NCBI GenBank assembly: GCA_009914755.4 | Contig: CP086569.2 | Coordinates: forward strand, 27,776,001 to 27,840,000 | Direction: 5' to 3' | Length of the DNA: 64,000 nt | Source: the human T2T-CHM13v2.0 reference genome, Homo sapiens | Shown: positions 1 through 12,690 of the stretch, in pieces | Position numbering within the stretch: position 1 is the stretch's first letter | How the letters are laid out: the number at the start of each line of letters is the position of its first letter | Made by a program: the position numbers and the translations under genes | Notes under the pieces: model-generated | Seen by the model: the letters and a program-made list of their open reading frames with translations, nothing else | Database searches by the model: none | What the model was told of the DNA's origin: nothing

Positions 1-253
1 GAGTGGACTGGAGTGGAGTAGATAGCAGTGCATTGGACTGTACGGGATAGAAGTGGCTTGGAGTGCCATGGAGTGGAGTGGAATGGAATGGAATGGAGTG
101 GAATGGACTGGAACGGAATGGAATGGAATGGAATGGAATGGATTTAAATGGCAGGGAATCAAAACGAATTGAATCATATTGAATCAAGTCGAATCGAGTG
201 GAGGAAAGAAATCGAATGAAATCGAATGGAATGAGTTGAATGGAGTCGAAAGT

Positions 254-3200
254 CAACCATGGAATCGAAAGTAATGTGGTAAAGTGGAGTGGAGTGGAGT
301 GTTATGGAGTGGAATGGAATGGGGTGACATGGAATTGAATACAGTGGAGAGGAGTGGAGTGGATTGGGCTAGAGTGGAATGGAAAGGGAAGGAATGGAAC
401 TGAATGGAGTGGAGTGGAATGGAGTGGAATGAAATGGAATGGAATGGAATGGAATGGAACGGAATGGAGTGGAATGGAATCGAATCACATGGAACTGAAT
501 GAAATCGAATTGAATGAAATTGACTGGAGAAAATGGAATCAAATGGAATCAAATCGAATGGATTCGAATGACATTGAATGGAATCGAAAGGAATGCAGTG
601 AGGTGGGGTTGAGTGGAATGGAATGGGATGAATGGAATTGAATGGAGTGGAGTGGAATGGAATGGAATGGAACGGAAAGGAATGAAATTGAACAAACTGG
701 AGTGGAGTGGATTGTAGTGGAGTGCAGGGGAGTGCAGTGGAATGAAGAGGAGTGTAGTTGAATGGAATGGAATGTATGGAACGTACTGGAATGGAATGGA
801 TAAGAATGGAATGGAATGGAATCGCATGGAATTGAATAGAATCAAATCGAATTGAATAGAATCAAATGGAAAAAATGGAGTCAAATGGAATCCAATGGCA
901 TAGAATCGAACGGTTTTGAATGGCAGTGAATGGAAACGAAAGGAATGCGATGAAGTGGAGCGCAGTGGAGTGGAAAGGAGTGCAATGGAATAGGGCGGAA
1001 CTGAATTTAATGGAACAGAGTGGATTGGAGTGGACTGGAGTGGAATGGAATGGGAAGGAATGGGATGGAAAGGAGTGGTGTGCAGTGGAGTGGAGTGGCA
1101 TGGAGTGGAGTGGAGTGGAATGGAGTGGAATGGAATGGAGTGGAATGGAGTGGATTGGAATGGAATGGAGTGCAGAGGAATGGAATGGAATGGTATAGAG
1201 TGGACAGGAATGGAGTGGCGTGGATTGGAATAGAATGGAATGGAATGGAATGGAATGGAACGGAACTGAATGCACTGGAATTGAATGTAATAGAATTGAA
1301 TCGCAGGGAATCAAACTGGTTTGAATCGAATCGAATGGAAAAAATGAAATCAAATGAAATTGAATGGAATCGAAATGAATGTAAACAATGGAATCCAACG
1401 GAGTCACATGGAATCGAATCAAATGCTTTTGAAAGGCTTAAAATGAAATCGCATGGAAGGCAGTGAATTGGAGTGGAGTGGAATAGAGAGGAATGAATTG
1501 GAATGGAGTGCAGTGGAATGTAGTGGATTCCAGTGGATTGGAGTGGATTGGATTGGAATGGAATGGAACAGATTGGATTGGAGTTGTGCAGAGTGGAGTG
1601 GACTGGAGTGGAGAGGAATGGAGTGGAGTGAAGTCGAGTTGAGTGGAATGGAATGGAGTGGAGCAGATTGGAATGCAAAAGAATGAAGTGGATTGGTATG
1701 GAATGGAATGGCGTGGAATGGAGTGGAATAGAATGGAATGGAATCGCATGGAAGGATATCAAATCAAATGGAATCGAACGGAAAATTATGAATCCAATGG
1801 AATCGAAAGGATTTTAAAGGAATGGATTCGAAAGGCATTGAATGGAATGGAAAGGAATACAGTGAAGTGGAGTGGAGTGAAGTGGATTGTTTTAGAGTGA
1901 AATGGGGTGGATTGGAACTCTATGGGGTGGAGTGGAGCAAAGTGGATTGGAGTGGAATGGAGTGCAATGGACTGGAGTGGAGTGGAATGGATTGGAGTGG
2001 AGTGTAGTGGATCGGAGTGTAGTGCCGTGGAGTGGACTAGAGTGGGGTGGAGTGGAGTGCATTGGAGTGGAATGGAGTGGAGTGCGGTGGAATGGAATGG
2101 AATGGCATCAAATCGCATGGTAATGAATGAAATGGAATCAAATGGAATGGAAATAATGGAATCTAAGGCAAACGAATGGAATCGAATTGCACTGATTCTA
2201 CTGACTTGGAAGAAAATGAAATGAAACGCGGTGAAGTGGAGTGGAGTGGAATGTATTAGGATGGAATGGAATTGAATGGTGTGGAGTGGAGTGGAGTGCC
2301 CAGGAGTGGAATGGGAAGAAATGGAATTGAACGGAGTGGAGTGGAGTGGAATGGAGGTGAATGGAGGGTAATGGAGTGGAATGGAGTGGAGTGGAGTAGA
2401 GTGGAATGGGTTGGAGTGGAATGCAGAGGACAGGAGTGGAGTGCAGTGGACTGTAGTGGAGAGAAGTTGAGTGGAGTGGATTGGATTGAAATAGAGTGGA
2501 GCAGAGTGAAATGGAATTGAATCACATGGTATTGAATCAAATCGAATGGAATTAAATCGAATGAAAAAACGGAATCAAAAGCAAACGAATGGAGTCAAAC
2601 CACATTGGTTAGACTGACATCGAATAATATCAAAAGAAATGTGGTGAAGTGGAGTGGAGTGTAATGAAATGGGGTGGAATGAAATTGAATGGAGTGGAGT
2701 GGAGTGGAGTCTACTGGAGTGGAATGGAATGGAATGGAAAGGAATGGAATAGAATGGAGTGAAGTGCAGTGCAGTGAAATGGAGTGGAAAGGAATGGAAT
2801 GGAAAGAATTGAATCAAATGGAATCGAAGTGAATCTAATCTAATGAAATTGAACGCAAAAAATGGAATGAGTAGAATCGAAAATGATGGATTCAAATGGC
2901 AACAAATAAAATTGAATGGAATGCGGTGAGGTGGAGGGGATTGGAATGGAGTTGAATGGAATGTGGTGTAATTGAATTGAATGGAGTGGAGTGGAGTGAA
3001 CTGGAGTGGAATGGAATGGAATGGGCAGGCATGGAATTGAAAGGCGTGGAGTGGAGTGGAATTGAGAGGAGTGGAATGGAGTAGGGTGGATTGTGATGGA
3101 GAATATTGGAAAAGAGTGGAGTGGAATGGAATGGAATGGAGTGGAGTGGAATGGAATGGAATTGAGTGAAGTGGAGTGTATTGGAATGGAGAGTAATGGA

Positions 3201-3461
3201 GTGGAGTGGACTGGAGTGGAGTAGATTGCAGTGCATTGGACTGTAGGGGATAGAAGTGGCTTGGAGTCCAAAGGAGTGGAGTGGAATGGAATGGAATGGA
3301 ATGGAATGGAATGGAATGGAATGGACAGGAACGGAATGGAATGGAATGGATTTAAATGGCAGGGAATCAAATCGAATTGAATCATATTGAATCAAGTCGA
3401 ATCGAGTGGAGGAAAGAAATCGAATGAAATCCAATGGAATGAATTGAATGGAGTCGAATGT
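254..3461. repeat. Array-1 half-unit with an A-type head and the P internal marker (3,208 bp).
   Basis: Bounded by the 'caaccatgg' anchors at 254 and 3462. The P marker is at 1784. Confidence 0.8.
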
Positions 3462-6349
3462 CAACCATGGAATCGAAAGTAATGTGGTAAAGTGGAGTGG
3501 AGAGGAGTGTTATGGAGTGGAATGGAATGGGGTGACATGGAATTGAATACAGTGCAGAGGAGTGGAGTGGATTGGTCTAGAGTGGAATGGAAAGGGAAGG
3601 AATGGAACTGAATGCCGTGGAGTGGAATGGAGTGGAATGGAATGGAATGGAATGGAATGGAATGGAATGGAACGGAATGGAGTGGAATGGAATGTAATGG
3701 AACGGAATGGAGTGGAATGGAATCGAATCACATGGAATTGAATGAAACCGAATTGAATGATATTGAATGGAGAAAATGGAATCAAATGGAATCAAATCGA
3801 ATGGATTCGAATGACATTGAATGGAATCGAAAGGAATACAGTGAGGTGGGGTTGAGTGGAATGGCGTGGAATGGAATGGGATGAATCGAGTTGAGTGGAG
3901 TGGAGTGGAATGGAATGGAATGGAAAGGAATGGAATTGAACAAAATGGAGTGTAGTAGAATGGAGTGGATTGGAGTGGAGTGCAGGGGAGTGCAGTGGAA
4001 TGAAGAGGAGTGTAGTTGAATGGAATGGAATGTATGGAACGTACTGGAATGGAATGGATAAGAATGGAATGGAATGGAATCTCATGGAATTGAATAGAAT
4101 CAAATCGAATTGAATAGAATCAAGGGGAAAAAATGGAGTCAAATGGAATCCAATGGCATAGAATCGGACGGTTTTGAATGGCAGTGATTGGAAACGAATG
4201 GAATGCGATGAAGTGGAGCGGAGTGGAGTGGAAAGGAGTGCAATGGAATAGGGTGGAACTGAATTTAATGGAACAGAGTGGATTGGAGTGGACTGGAGTG
4301 GAATGGAATGGGAAGCAATGGGATTGAAAGGAGTGGCGTGCAGTGGAGTGGAGTGGCATGGAGTGTAGTGGAGTGGAATGGAGTGGAATGGCATGGAGTG
4401 GAATGGAGTGGATTGGAATGGAGTGTATTACAGTGGAGTGGAGTGGATAGGATTGGAATGGAATGGAATGGATTGCAGTGGAGTGGTGCCGAGTGGAGTG
4501 GACTGGATTGGAGAGGAATGGAGTGGAGTGAAGTCGATTTGAGTGGAATGGAATGAAGTGGAGTGGAGTGGAATGCAGTGGAATGCAGTAGAATGAAGTT
4601 TATTGGAATGGAATGGAATGGCGTGGAATGGAGTGGAATGGAATGGAATGGAGTGGAATGGAATGGAATAGCATGGAATGAAATCGAATCCAATCGAATC
4701 CAATGGAAAACTATGAATCAAATGGAATCGAATGGATTCCAAATGAGTGGATTCGAATGGCATTGCATGGAGTGGAAAGGAATGCGGTGAAGTGGAGTGG
4801 AGTGGAATGTATTGGATTGGAATGGGGTGTATTGGAATTCTATGGAGTGGAGTGGAGTGGATTGGAGTGGAATGGAGTGGAATGAACTGGAGTAGAGTGG
4901 AATGGATTGGAGTGGAGTGTAGTGGACTGGAGTGGAGTGCTGTGGAGTCGAGTAGATTGTGGTGGGGTGGAGTGGATTGGAGTCGAATAGAGTGGAGTGG
5001 AGTGTAATGGAATGGAATGGAATCAAATCACATGGTAACAAATCAAATCGAATGGAAAAAATGTAATTGTATGCAAACGAATGGAATCGAATTGCACTGA
5101 TTCTACTGAGTTCGAATAAAATCAAATGAAATGCGGTGAAGTGGAGTGGAGTGGAATGAAATGGGTTGGGAAGGAATTCAATGGTGTGGAGTGCAGTGGA
5201 GTGTGCTGGAGTGGAATGGAATGGAATGGAATGGGAAGGAGAGGAATTTTACAGAGTGGAGTGGAATGGAGCGGAATGGAGTGTAATGGAGTGGAGTGGA
5301 GTGGAGTGGAATGGGTTGGAGTGGAGTGCAGTGGACAGGAGTGGAGTGCAGTGGACTGGGGTGTAGTGGAGTGGAAAAGAGTGGAGCGGAGTGGAATGGA
5401 ATGGAATGGAATGGAATGGAATCGCATGGTATTGAATCAAATCCAACTGAATTAAATCGAAAGGAAAAAATGGAATCGAATGCAAACAAATGGAATCGAA
5501 TCACATCGTTTCGACTGACATTGAATAAAATCAAAAGAAATGCGTTGAAGTGGAGTGGAGTGGAATGAAATGGGCTGGAATGGAATTGAATGGAGTTGAT
5601 TGCAGTGGAGTCGACTGGAGTGGAACGGAATGGAATGGGAAGGAATGGAATTAAATGGAGTGGAGTGCAGTACAGTGAAATGGAGTGGAATGGTATGGAA
5701 TGGGATGGAATGGAATTGCATAGAATAGAATCGAATTGAATCTAATGTAACTGAACGGAAAAAATGGAAATGAATAGAATCAAAAACAACGGATTCGACT
5801 GGCATCTAATAGAATGAAATGGAATGCGGTGAGGTGGAGTGGATTGTAATGGAGTTGAATGGAATGGGGTGTAATTGAATTGAGTGGAGTGGAGTGGAGT
5901 GAACTGGAGTGGAATGGAATGGAATGGGCAGGCATGGAATTGAAAGGCGTGGAGTGGTGTGGAATTGAGAGGAGTGGAATGGAGTAGGGTGGATTGTAGT
6001 GGAGAATATTGGAAAAGAGTGGAGTGGAATGGAATGGAATGGAGTGGACCGGAATGGAATGGAATTGAGTGAAGTGGAGTGTAGTGGAATGGAGAGTAAT
6101 GGAGTGGAGTGGACTGGAGTGGAGTACATAGCAGTGCATTGGACTGTAGGGGATAGAAGTGGCTTGGAATCCAAAGGAGTGGAGTGGAAGGGAATGGAAT
6201 GGAGTGGAATGGACTGGAACGGAATGGAATGGAATGGATTTAAATGGCGGGGAATCAAATCGAATTGAATCATATTGAATCAAGTCGAATCGAGTGGAGG
6301 AAAGAAATCGAATGAAATCGAATGGAATGAGTTGAATGGAGTCGAATGT
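3462..6349. repeat. Array-1 hybrid half-unit: an A-type head fused to a B-half (Q-type) tail. It is 2,888 bp, about 0.3 kb shorter than normal.
   Basis: An A-type head ('gtcaaccatgg', 'gatttaaatggcaggg') sits at 3462 where the alternation predicts a B head. Sequence 3830-4400 matches the post-A segment (compare 600-1200). From about 4430 to Q (4711) it matches the pre-Q segment of B halves (compare 10770-11050). A to Q here is 1,249 bp, against B to Q of about 1,557 bp elsewhere. Confidence 0.75.
3669..3728. repeat. 30-bp tandem duplication ('ggaacggaatggagtggaatggaatgtaat' then 'ggaacggaatggagtggaatggaatcgaat') in one array-1 A head.
   Basis: Direct reading. The homologous sites at 461-490 and 6541-6570 are single copy. 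Confidence 0.65.
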
Positions 6350-9300
6350 CAACCATGGAATCGAAAGTAATGTGGTAAAGTGGAGTGGAGTGGAGTGTTA
6401 TGGAGTGGAATGGAATGGGGTGACATGGAATTGAATACAGTGGAGAGGAGTGGAGTGGTTTGGGCTAGAGTGGAATGGAAAGGGAAGGAATGGAACTGAA
6501 TGGAGTGGAGTGGATATGGAGTGGAATGGAATGGAATGGAATGGAACGGAATGGAGTGGAATGGAATCGAATCACATGGAACTGAATGAAATCGAATTGA
6601 ATGAAATTGACTGGAGAAAATGGAATCAAATGGAATCAAATCGAATGGATTCGAGTGACATTGAATGGAATCGAAAGGAATGCAGTGAGGTGGGGTTGAG
6701 TGGAATGGAATGGGATGAATGGAATTGAATGGAGTGGAGTGGAATGGAATGGAATGGAACGGAAAGGAATGGAATTGAACAAAGTGGAGTGGAGTGTATT
6801 GGAGTGGAGTGCAGGGGAGTACAGTGGAATGAAGAGGAGTGTAGTTGAATGGAATGGAATGTATGGAACGTACGGGAATAGAATGGATAAGAATGGAATG
6901 GAATGGAATCGCATGGAATTGAATAGAATCAAATCGAATTGAATAGAATCAAAAGGAAAAAATGGAGTCAAATGGAATCCAATGGCATAGAATCGAACGG
7001 TTTTGAATGGCAGTGAATGGAAACGAAAGGAATGCGATGAAGTGGAGCGCAGTGGAGTGGAAAGGAGTGCAATGGAATAGGGTGGAACTGAATTTAGTGG
7101 AACAGAGTGGATTGGAGTGGACTGGAGTGGAATGGAATGGGAAGGAATGGGATTGAAAGGAGTGGCGTGCAGTGGAGTGGAGTGGCATGGAGTGGAGTGG
7201 AGTGGCATGGAGTGGAATAGAATGGAGTGGAATGGAGTGGATTGGAATGGAATGGAGTGGAGTGGAATGGAATGGAATAGTATAGAGTGGACAGGAATGG
7301 AGTGGAGTGGATTGGAATGGAATGGAATGGAATGGAATGGAATGGAACTGAATGGACTGGAATTGAATGTAATAGAATTGAATCGCAGGGAATCAAATTG
7401 GTTTGAATCGAATCGAATGGAAAAAATGAAATCAAATGAAATTGAATGGAATCGAAATGAATGTAAACAATGGAATCCAATGGAATCAAATGGAATGGAA
7501 TCAAATGGTTTTGAATGGCTTAAAATGAAATCGCATGGAAGGCAGTGAATTGGAGTGGAGTGGAATAGAGAGGAATGAATTGGAATGGAGTACAGTGGAA
7601 TGTAGTGGATTCCAGTGGAGTGGAGTGGATTGGATTAGAATGGAATGGAACAGATTGGATTGGAGTTGTGCAGAGTGGAGTGGACTGGAGTGGAGAGGAA
7701 TGGAGTGGAGTGAAGTCGAGTTGAGTGGAATGGAATGGAGTGGAGCAGAGTGGAATGAAAAAGAATGAAGTGGATTGGTATGGAATGGAATGGCGTGGAA
7801 TGGAGTGGAATAGAATGGAATGGAATCGCATGGAAGGATATCAAATCAAATGGAATCGAACGGAAAATTATGAATCCAATGGAATCGAAAGGATTCTAAA
7901 GGAATGGATTTGAAAGGCATTGAATGGAATGGAAAGGAATGCAGTGAAATGGAGTGGAGTGGAGTGGATTGTTATAGAGTGAAATATGGTGGATTGGAAC
8001 TCTATGGGGTGAAGTGGAGCGAAGTTGATTAGAGTGGAATGGAGTGCAATGGACTGGAGTGGAGTGGAATGGATTGGAGTAGAGTGGAGTGGATCGGAGT
8101 GTAGTGCCGTGGAGTGGACTAGAGTGGGGTGGATTGGAGTGCATTGGAGTGGAATGGAGTGGAGTGCGGTGGAATGGAATGGAATGGCATCAAATCGCAT
8201 GGTAATGAATCAAATGGAATCAAATGGAATGGAAATAATGGAATCAAAGGCAAACGAATGGAATCGAATTGCACTGATTCTACTGACTTCGAAGAAAATG
8301 AAATGAAACGCGGTGAAGTGGAGTGGATTGGAATGTATTAGGGTGGAATGGAATTGAATGGTGTGGAGTGGAGTGGAGTGCCCAGGAGTGGAATGGGAAG
8401 AAATGGAATTGAACGGAGTGGAGTGGAGTTGAATGGAGGGTAATGGAGTGGAATGGAGTGGAGTGGAGTAGAGTGGAATGGGTTGGAGTGGAATGCAGAG
8501 GACAGGAGTGGAGTGCGGTGGACTGGAGTGGAGTGGAGTTGAGTGGAGTGGATTGGATTGAAACAGAGTGGAGCAGAGTGGAATGGAATTGAATCACATG
8601 GTATTGAATCAAATCGAATGGAATTAAATCGAATGAAAAAATGGAATCAAAAGCAAACGAATGGAGTCAAACCACATTGGTTAGACTGACATCGAATAAT
8701 GTCAAAAGAAATGTGGTGAAGTGGAGTGGAGTGTAATGAAATGGGGTGGAATGAAATTGAATGGAGTGGAGTGGAGTCTACTGGAGTGGAATGGAATGGA
8801 ATGGAAAGGAATGGAATAGAATGGAGTGAAGTGCAGTGCAGTGAAATGGAGTGGAAAGGAATGGAATGGAAAGAATTGAATCAAATGGAATCGAAGTGAA
8901 TCGAATCTAATGAAATTGAAGGCAAAAAATGGAATGAGTAGAATCGAAAAAGATGGATTCAAATGGCAAAAAATAAAATTGAATGGAATGCGGTGAGGTG
9001 GAGTGGATTGGAATGGAGTTGAATGGAATGAGGTGTAATTGAATTGAATGGAGTGGAGTGGAGTGAACTGGAGTGGAATGGAATGGAATGGCATGGGCAG
9101 GAATGGAATTGAAAGGGTTGAAGTGGAATTGAGTGGTGTGGATCGGAGTAGACTTCATTGTAGTGGATTGGAGTGGAAAGAAGTGGAGTGGAATGGAATG
9201 GAATGCAATGGAGAGGAGTGGAATGGAGTGGAATGGAGAATAATGGAGTGGAGTGGACTGGAGCGGAGTGGAGTGTAGTGCATTGGACTGTCGGGGATTG

Positions 9301-12300
9301 AAGTGGCTTGGAGTGCAATGGAGTAGAGTGGAATGGAATGGAATGGAGTGGAATGCACTGGAATGAATTGGAATGAAATGGATTGGAATCGCATGGAATC
9401 GAATAGAATCGAATCATATAGAATTGAGTGAAATCGAATGGAAAAAAGAAATCGAAAGAAATTAAAAGGAATGAATCGAATGGAGTTGAATGTCATCCAG
9501 TGGAATTGAAAGGAATGCGGTAAAGTGGAGTGGAGTGGATTTAAATGGAGTGGAATGGAATGGGGAGACATGGAATTGAATAGAGTGGAGTGGAGTGGAT
9601 TGGACTGGAGTGGAATGGAATGGAATGGGAAGGAATGGAACTGAACGGAGTGGAGTGGAGTGGAGTGGAATGGAGTAGAATGTAATGGAGTGGAATGGAA
9701 TCTAATCCCTTGGAATTGAATCAAATCGAATCGAATGAAATCAGATGGAAAAATGGAATCAAATGGAATCAAGTCAAATAAATTCGAAAGGCATTGAAAG
9801 GAATCGAATTGAATGCGGTGAGGTGGAGTTGAGTTGAATGAAGTGGAATGGAATGATGTGTAATGGAATTGAATGGAGTGGAGAGGAGTGGAATGGAATG
9901 GAATGGAAAGAATGGAAATGAACAAAGTGGAGTGGAGTGGAATGGAGTGGATTGGAGTGCAGTGAAGCGGAGTGAAGTGCAATGAAGAGGAATGGCGTGG
10001 AGAGGAATGGAATGGAATGTTATGGAATGTACTGGAATGGAATGGATAAGAATGGAATGGAATGGAATCACATGGAATACAATAGAATTGAATGGAATTC
10101 AATAGAATCAAATGGGAAAAATGGAGTCGAAATGAATCGAATGGAATTGAATCGAATGGTTTTAAATGGTGGTGAATGGAAACACAAGGAAGGCGATGAA
10201 GTGGAGTGGAGTGGAATGGAAAGGAGTGCCATGGAATGGGGTAAAATTGAATGTAATGCAATGGAGTGGATTGGAGTGGACTGGAGTGGAATGGGAAGGA
10301 ATGGGAAGGAATGGAATTGAAAGGAGTCGAGTAGAGTGGAATGGAGTGGAGTGCAGTGGAATGGAGTGGCAAGAAACGGAGTGGAATAGAGTGGATTGAA
10401 ATGGAGTTGAATGCAGAGGAATGCAATGGAATGGAATAGAGTGGACAGGAATGGAGTGGAGTGGGTTGGAATGGAATGGACTGGAGAGGAATGGAAGATA
10501 ATGGACTGGACTGGACGGGAATGTAATGGAATCGCAGGGAATGGAATCGAATCGAATTGAATACAATCAAATGGAAAAATGGAATCAAACGGAATCGAAT
10601 GGAATTGAATTGAATGTAAAAAATGGAATCAAATGGAATGGAATCGAATGGTTTTGAATGGCATCAAATGAAATCGAATGGAAAGTAGTGAATTGGAGTG
10701 GAGTGGAATGGAGAGGAATGGATTGGAATGGAGTTCAATGGAGTGGAGTGGAATGGAGTGGAATAGAGTGGAGTGGAGTGGATAGGATTGGAATGGAATG
10801 GAATGGATTGCAGTGGAGTGGTGCAGAGTGGAGTGGACTGGAGTGGAGAGGAATGGAGTGGAGTGAAGTCGAGTTGAGTGGAATGGAATGAAGTGGAGTG
10901 GAGTGGAATGCAGTGGAATGCAGTAGAATGAAGTGGATTGGAATGGAATGGAATGGCGTGGAATGGAGTGGAATGGAATGGAATGGAGTGGAATGGAATG
11001 GAATGGAATAGCATGGAATGAAATCGAATCAAATCGAATGCAATGGAAAATTATGAATCAAATGGAATCGAATGGATTCCAAAAGAGTGGATTCTAATGG
11101 AATTGCATGGAGTGGAAAGGAATGCGGTGAAGTGGAGTGGAGTGGAATGTATTGGATTGGAATGGGGTGGATTGGAATTCTATGGAGTGGAGTGGAGTGA
11201 AGTGGATTGGAGTGGAATGGAGTGGAATGAACTGGAGTAGAGTGGAATGGATTGGAGTGGAGTGTAGTGGAATAGAGTGGAGTGCATTGTAGTGGAGTAG
11301 AGTGGGTTGGGGTGGAGTGGATTGGAGTAGAATAGAGTGGAGTGGAGTGTAATGGAATGGAATGGAATCAAATCACATGGTAACGAATCAAATCGAATGG
11401 AAAAAATGGAATTGAATGCTAACGAATGGAATGGAATTGCACTGATTCTACTGAGTTCGAATAAAATCAAATGAAATGCGGTGAAGTGGAATGGAGTGGA
11501 ATGAAATGGGTTGGAAAGGAATTCAATGGTGTGGAGAGGAGTGGAGTGTCCTGGAGTGGAATGGAATGGAATGGAATGGGAAGGAGAGGAATTTTACGGA
11601 GTGGAGTGGAATGGAGCGGACTAGAGTGTAATGGAGTGGAGTGGAGTGGAATGGGTTGGAGTGGAGTGCAGTGGACAGGAGTGGAGTGCCGTGGACTGGA
11701 GTGGAGTGGAGTGGATTGCAGTGGAAAAGAGTGGAGCGGAGTGGAATGGAATGGAATGTAATGGAATCGCATGGTATTGAATCAAATCCAACTGAATTAA
11801 ATCGAATGGAAAAAATGGAATCGAATTCCAACAAATGGAATCGAATCGCGTCGTTTCGACTGACATTGAATAAAATCAAAAGAAATGCGTTGAAGTGGAG
11901 TGGAGTGGAATGAAATGGGGTGGAATGGAATTGAATGGAGTTGATTGGAGTGGAGTCGACTGGAGTGGAACGGAATGCAATGGGAAGGAATGGAATTAAA
12001 TGGAGTGGAGTGCAGTACAGTGAAATGGAGTGGAATGGTATGGAATGGAAAGGAAGGCATTTGCATGGAATTGAATCGAATCGAATCGAATGTAATTGAA
12101 CGGAAAAAAATGGAACTGAATAGAATCGAAAACAATGGATTCGACTGACATCTAATAGAATGAAATGGAATGCGGTGAGGTGGAGTGGATTGTAATGGAG
12201 TTGAATGGAATGGGGTGTAATTGAATTGAATGGAGTGGAGTGGAGTGAACTGGAGTGGAATGGAATGGAATGGGCAGGCATGGAATTGAAAGGCGTGGAG

Positions 12301-12690
12301 TGGAGTGGAATTGAGAGGAGTGGAATGGAGTAGGGTGGATTGTAGTGGAGAGTATTGGAAAAGAGTGGAGTGGAATGGAACGGAATGGAGTGGAGTGGAA
12401 TGGAATGGAATTGAGTAAAGAGGAGTGGAATGGAGAGTAATGGAGTGGAGTGGACTGGAGTGGAGTAGATTGCAGTGCATTTTACTGTAGGGGATAGAAG
12501 TGGTTTGGAGTGCAATGGAGTGGAGTGGAATGGAATGGAATGGAGTGGAATGGACTGGAACGGAATGGAATGGAATGGATTTAAAAGGCAGGGAATCAAA
12601 TCGAATTGAATCATATGGAATCAAGTCGAATCGACTGGAGGAAAGAAATCCAATGAAATCGAATGGAATGAATTGAATGGAGTCGAATGT
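6350..12690. repeat. Array-1 HOR copy (6,341 bp) with marker order A(6350)-P(7866)-B(9494)-Q(11051).
   Basis: Anchor-to-anchor spacing. Marker distances are A to P 1,516 bp, P to B 1,628 bp, B to Q 1,557 bp and Q to A 1,640 bp. Confidence 0.85.
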
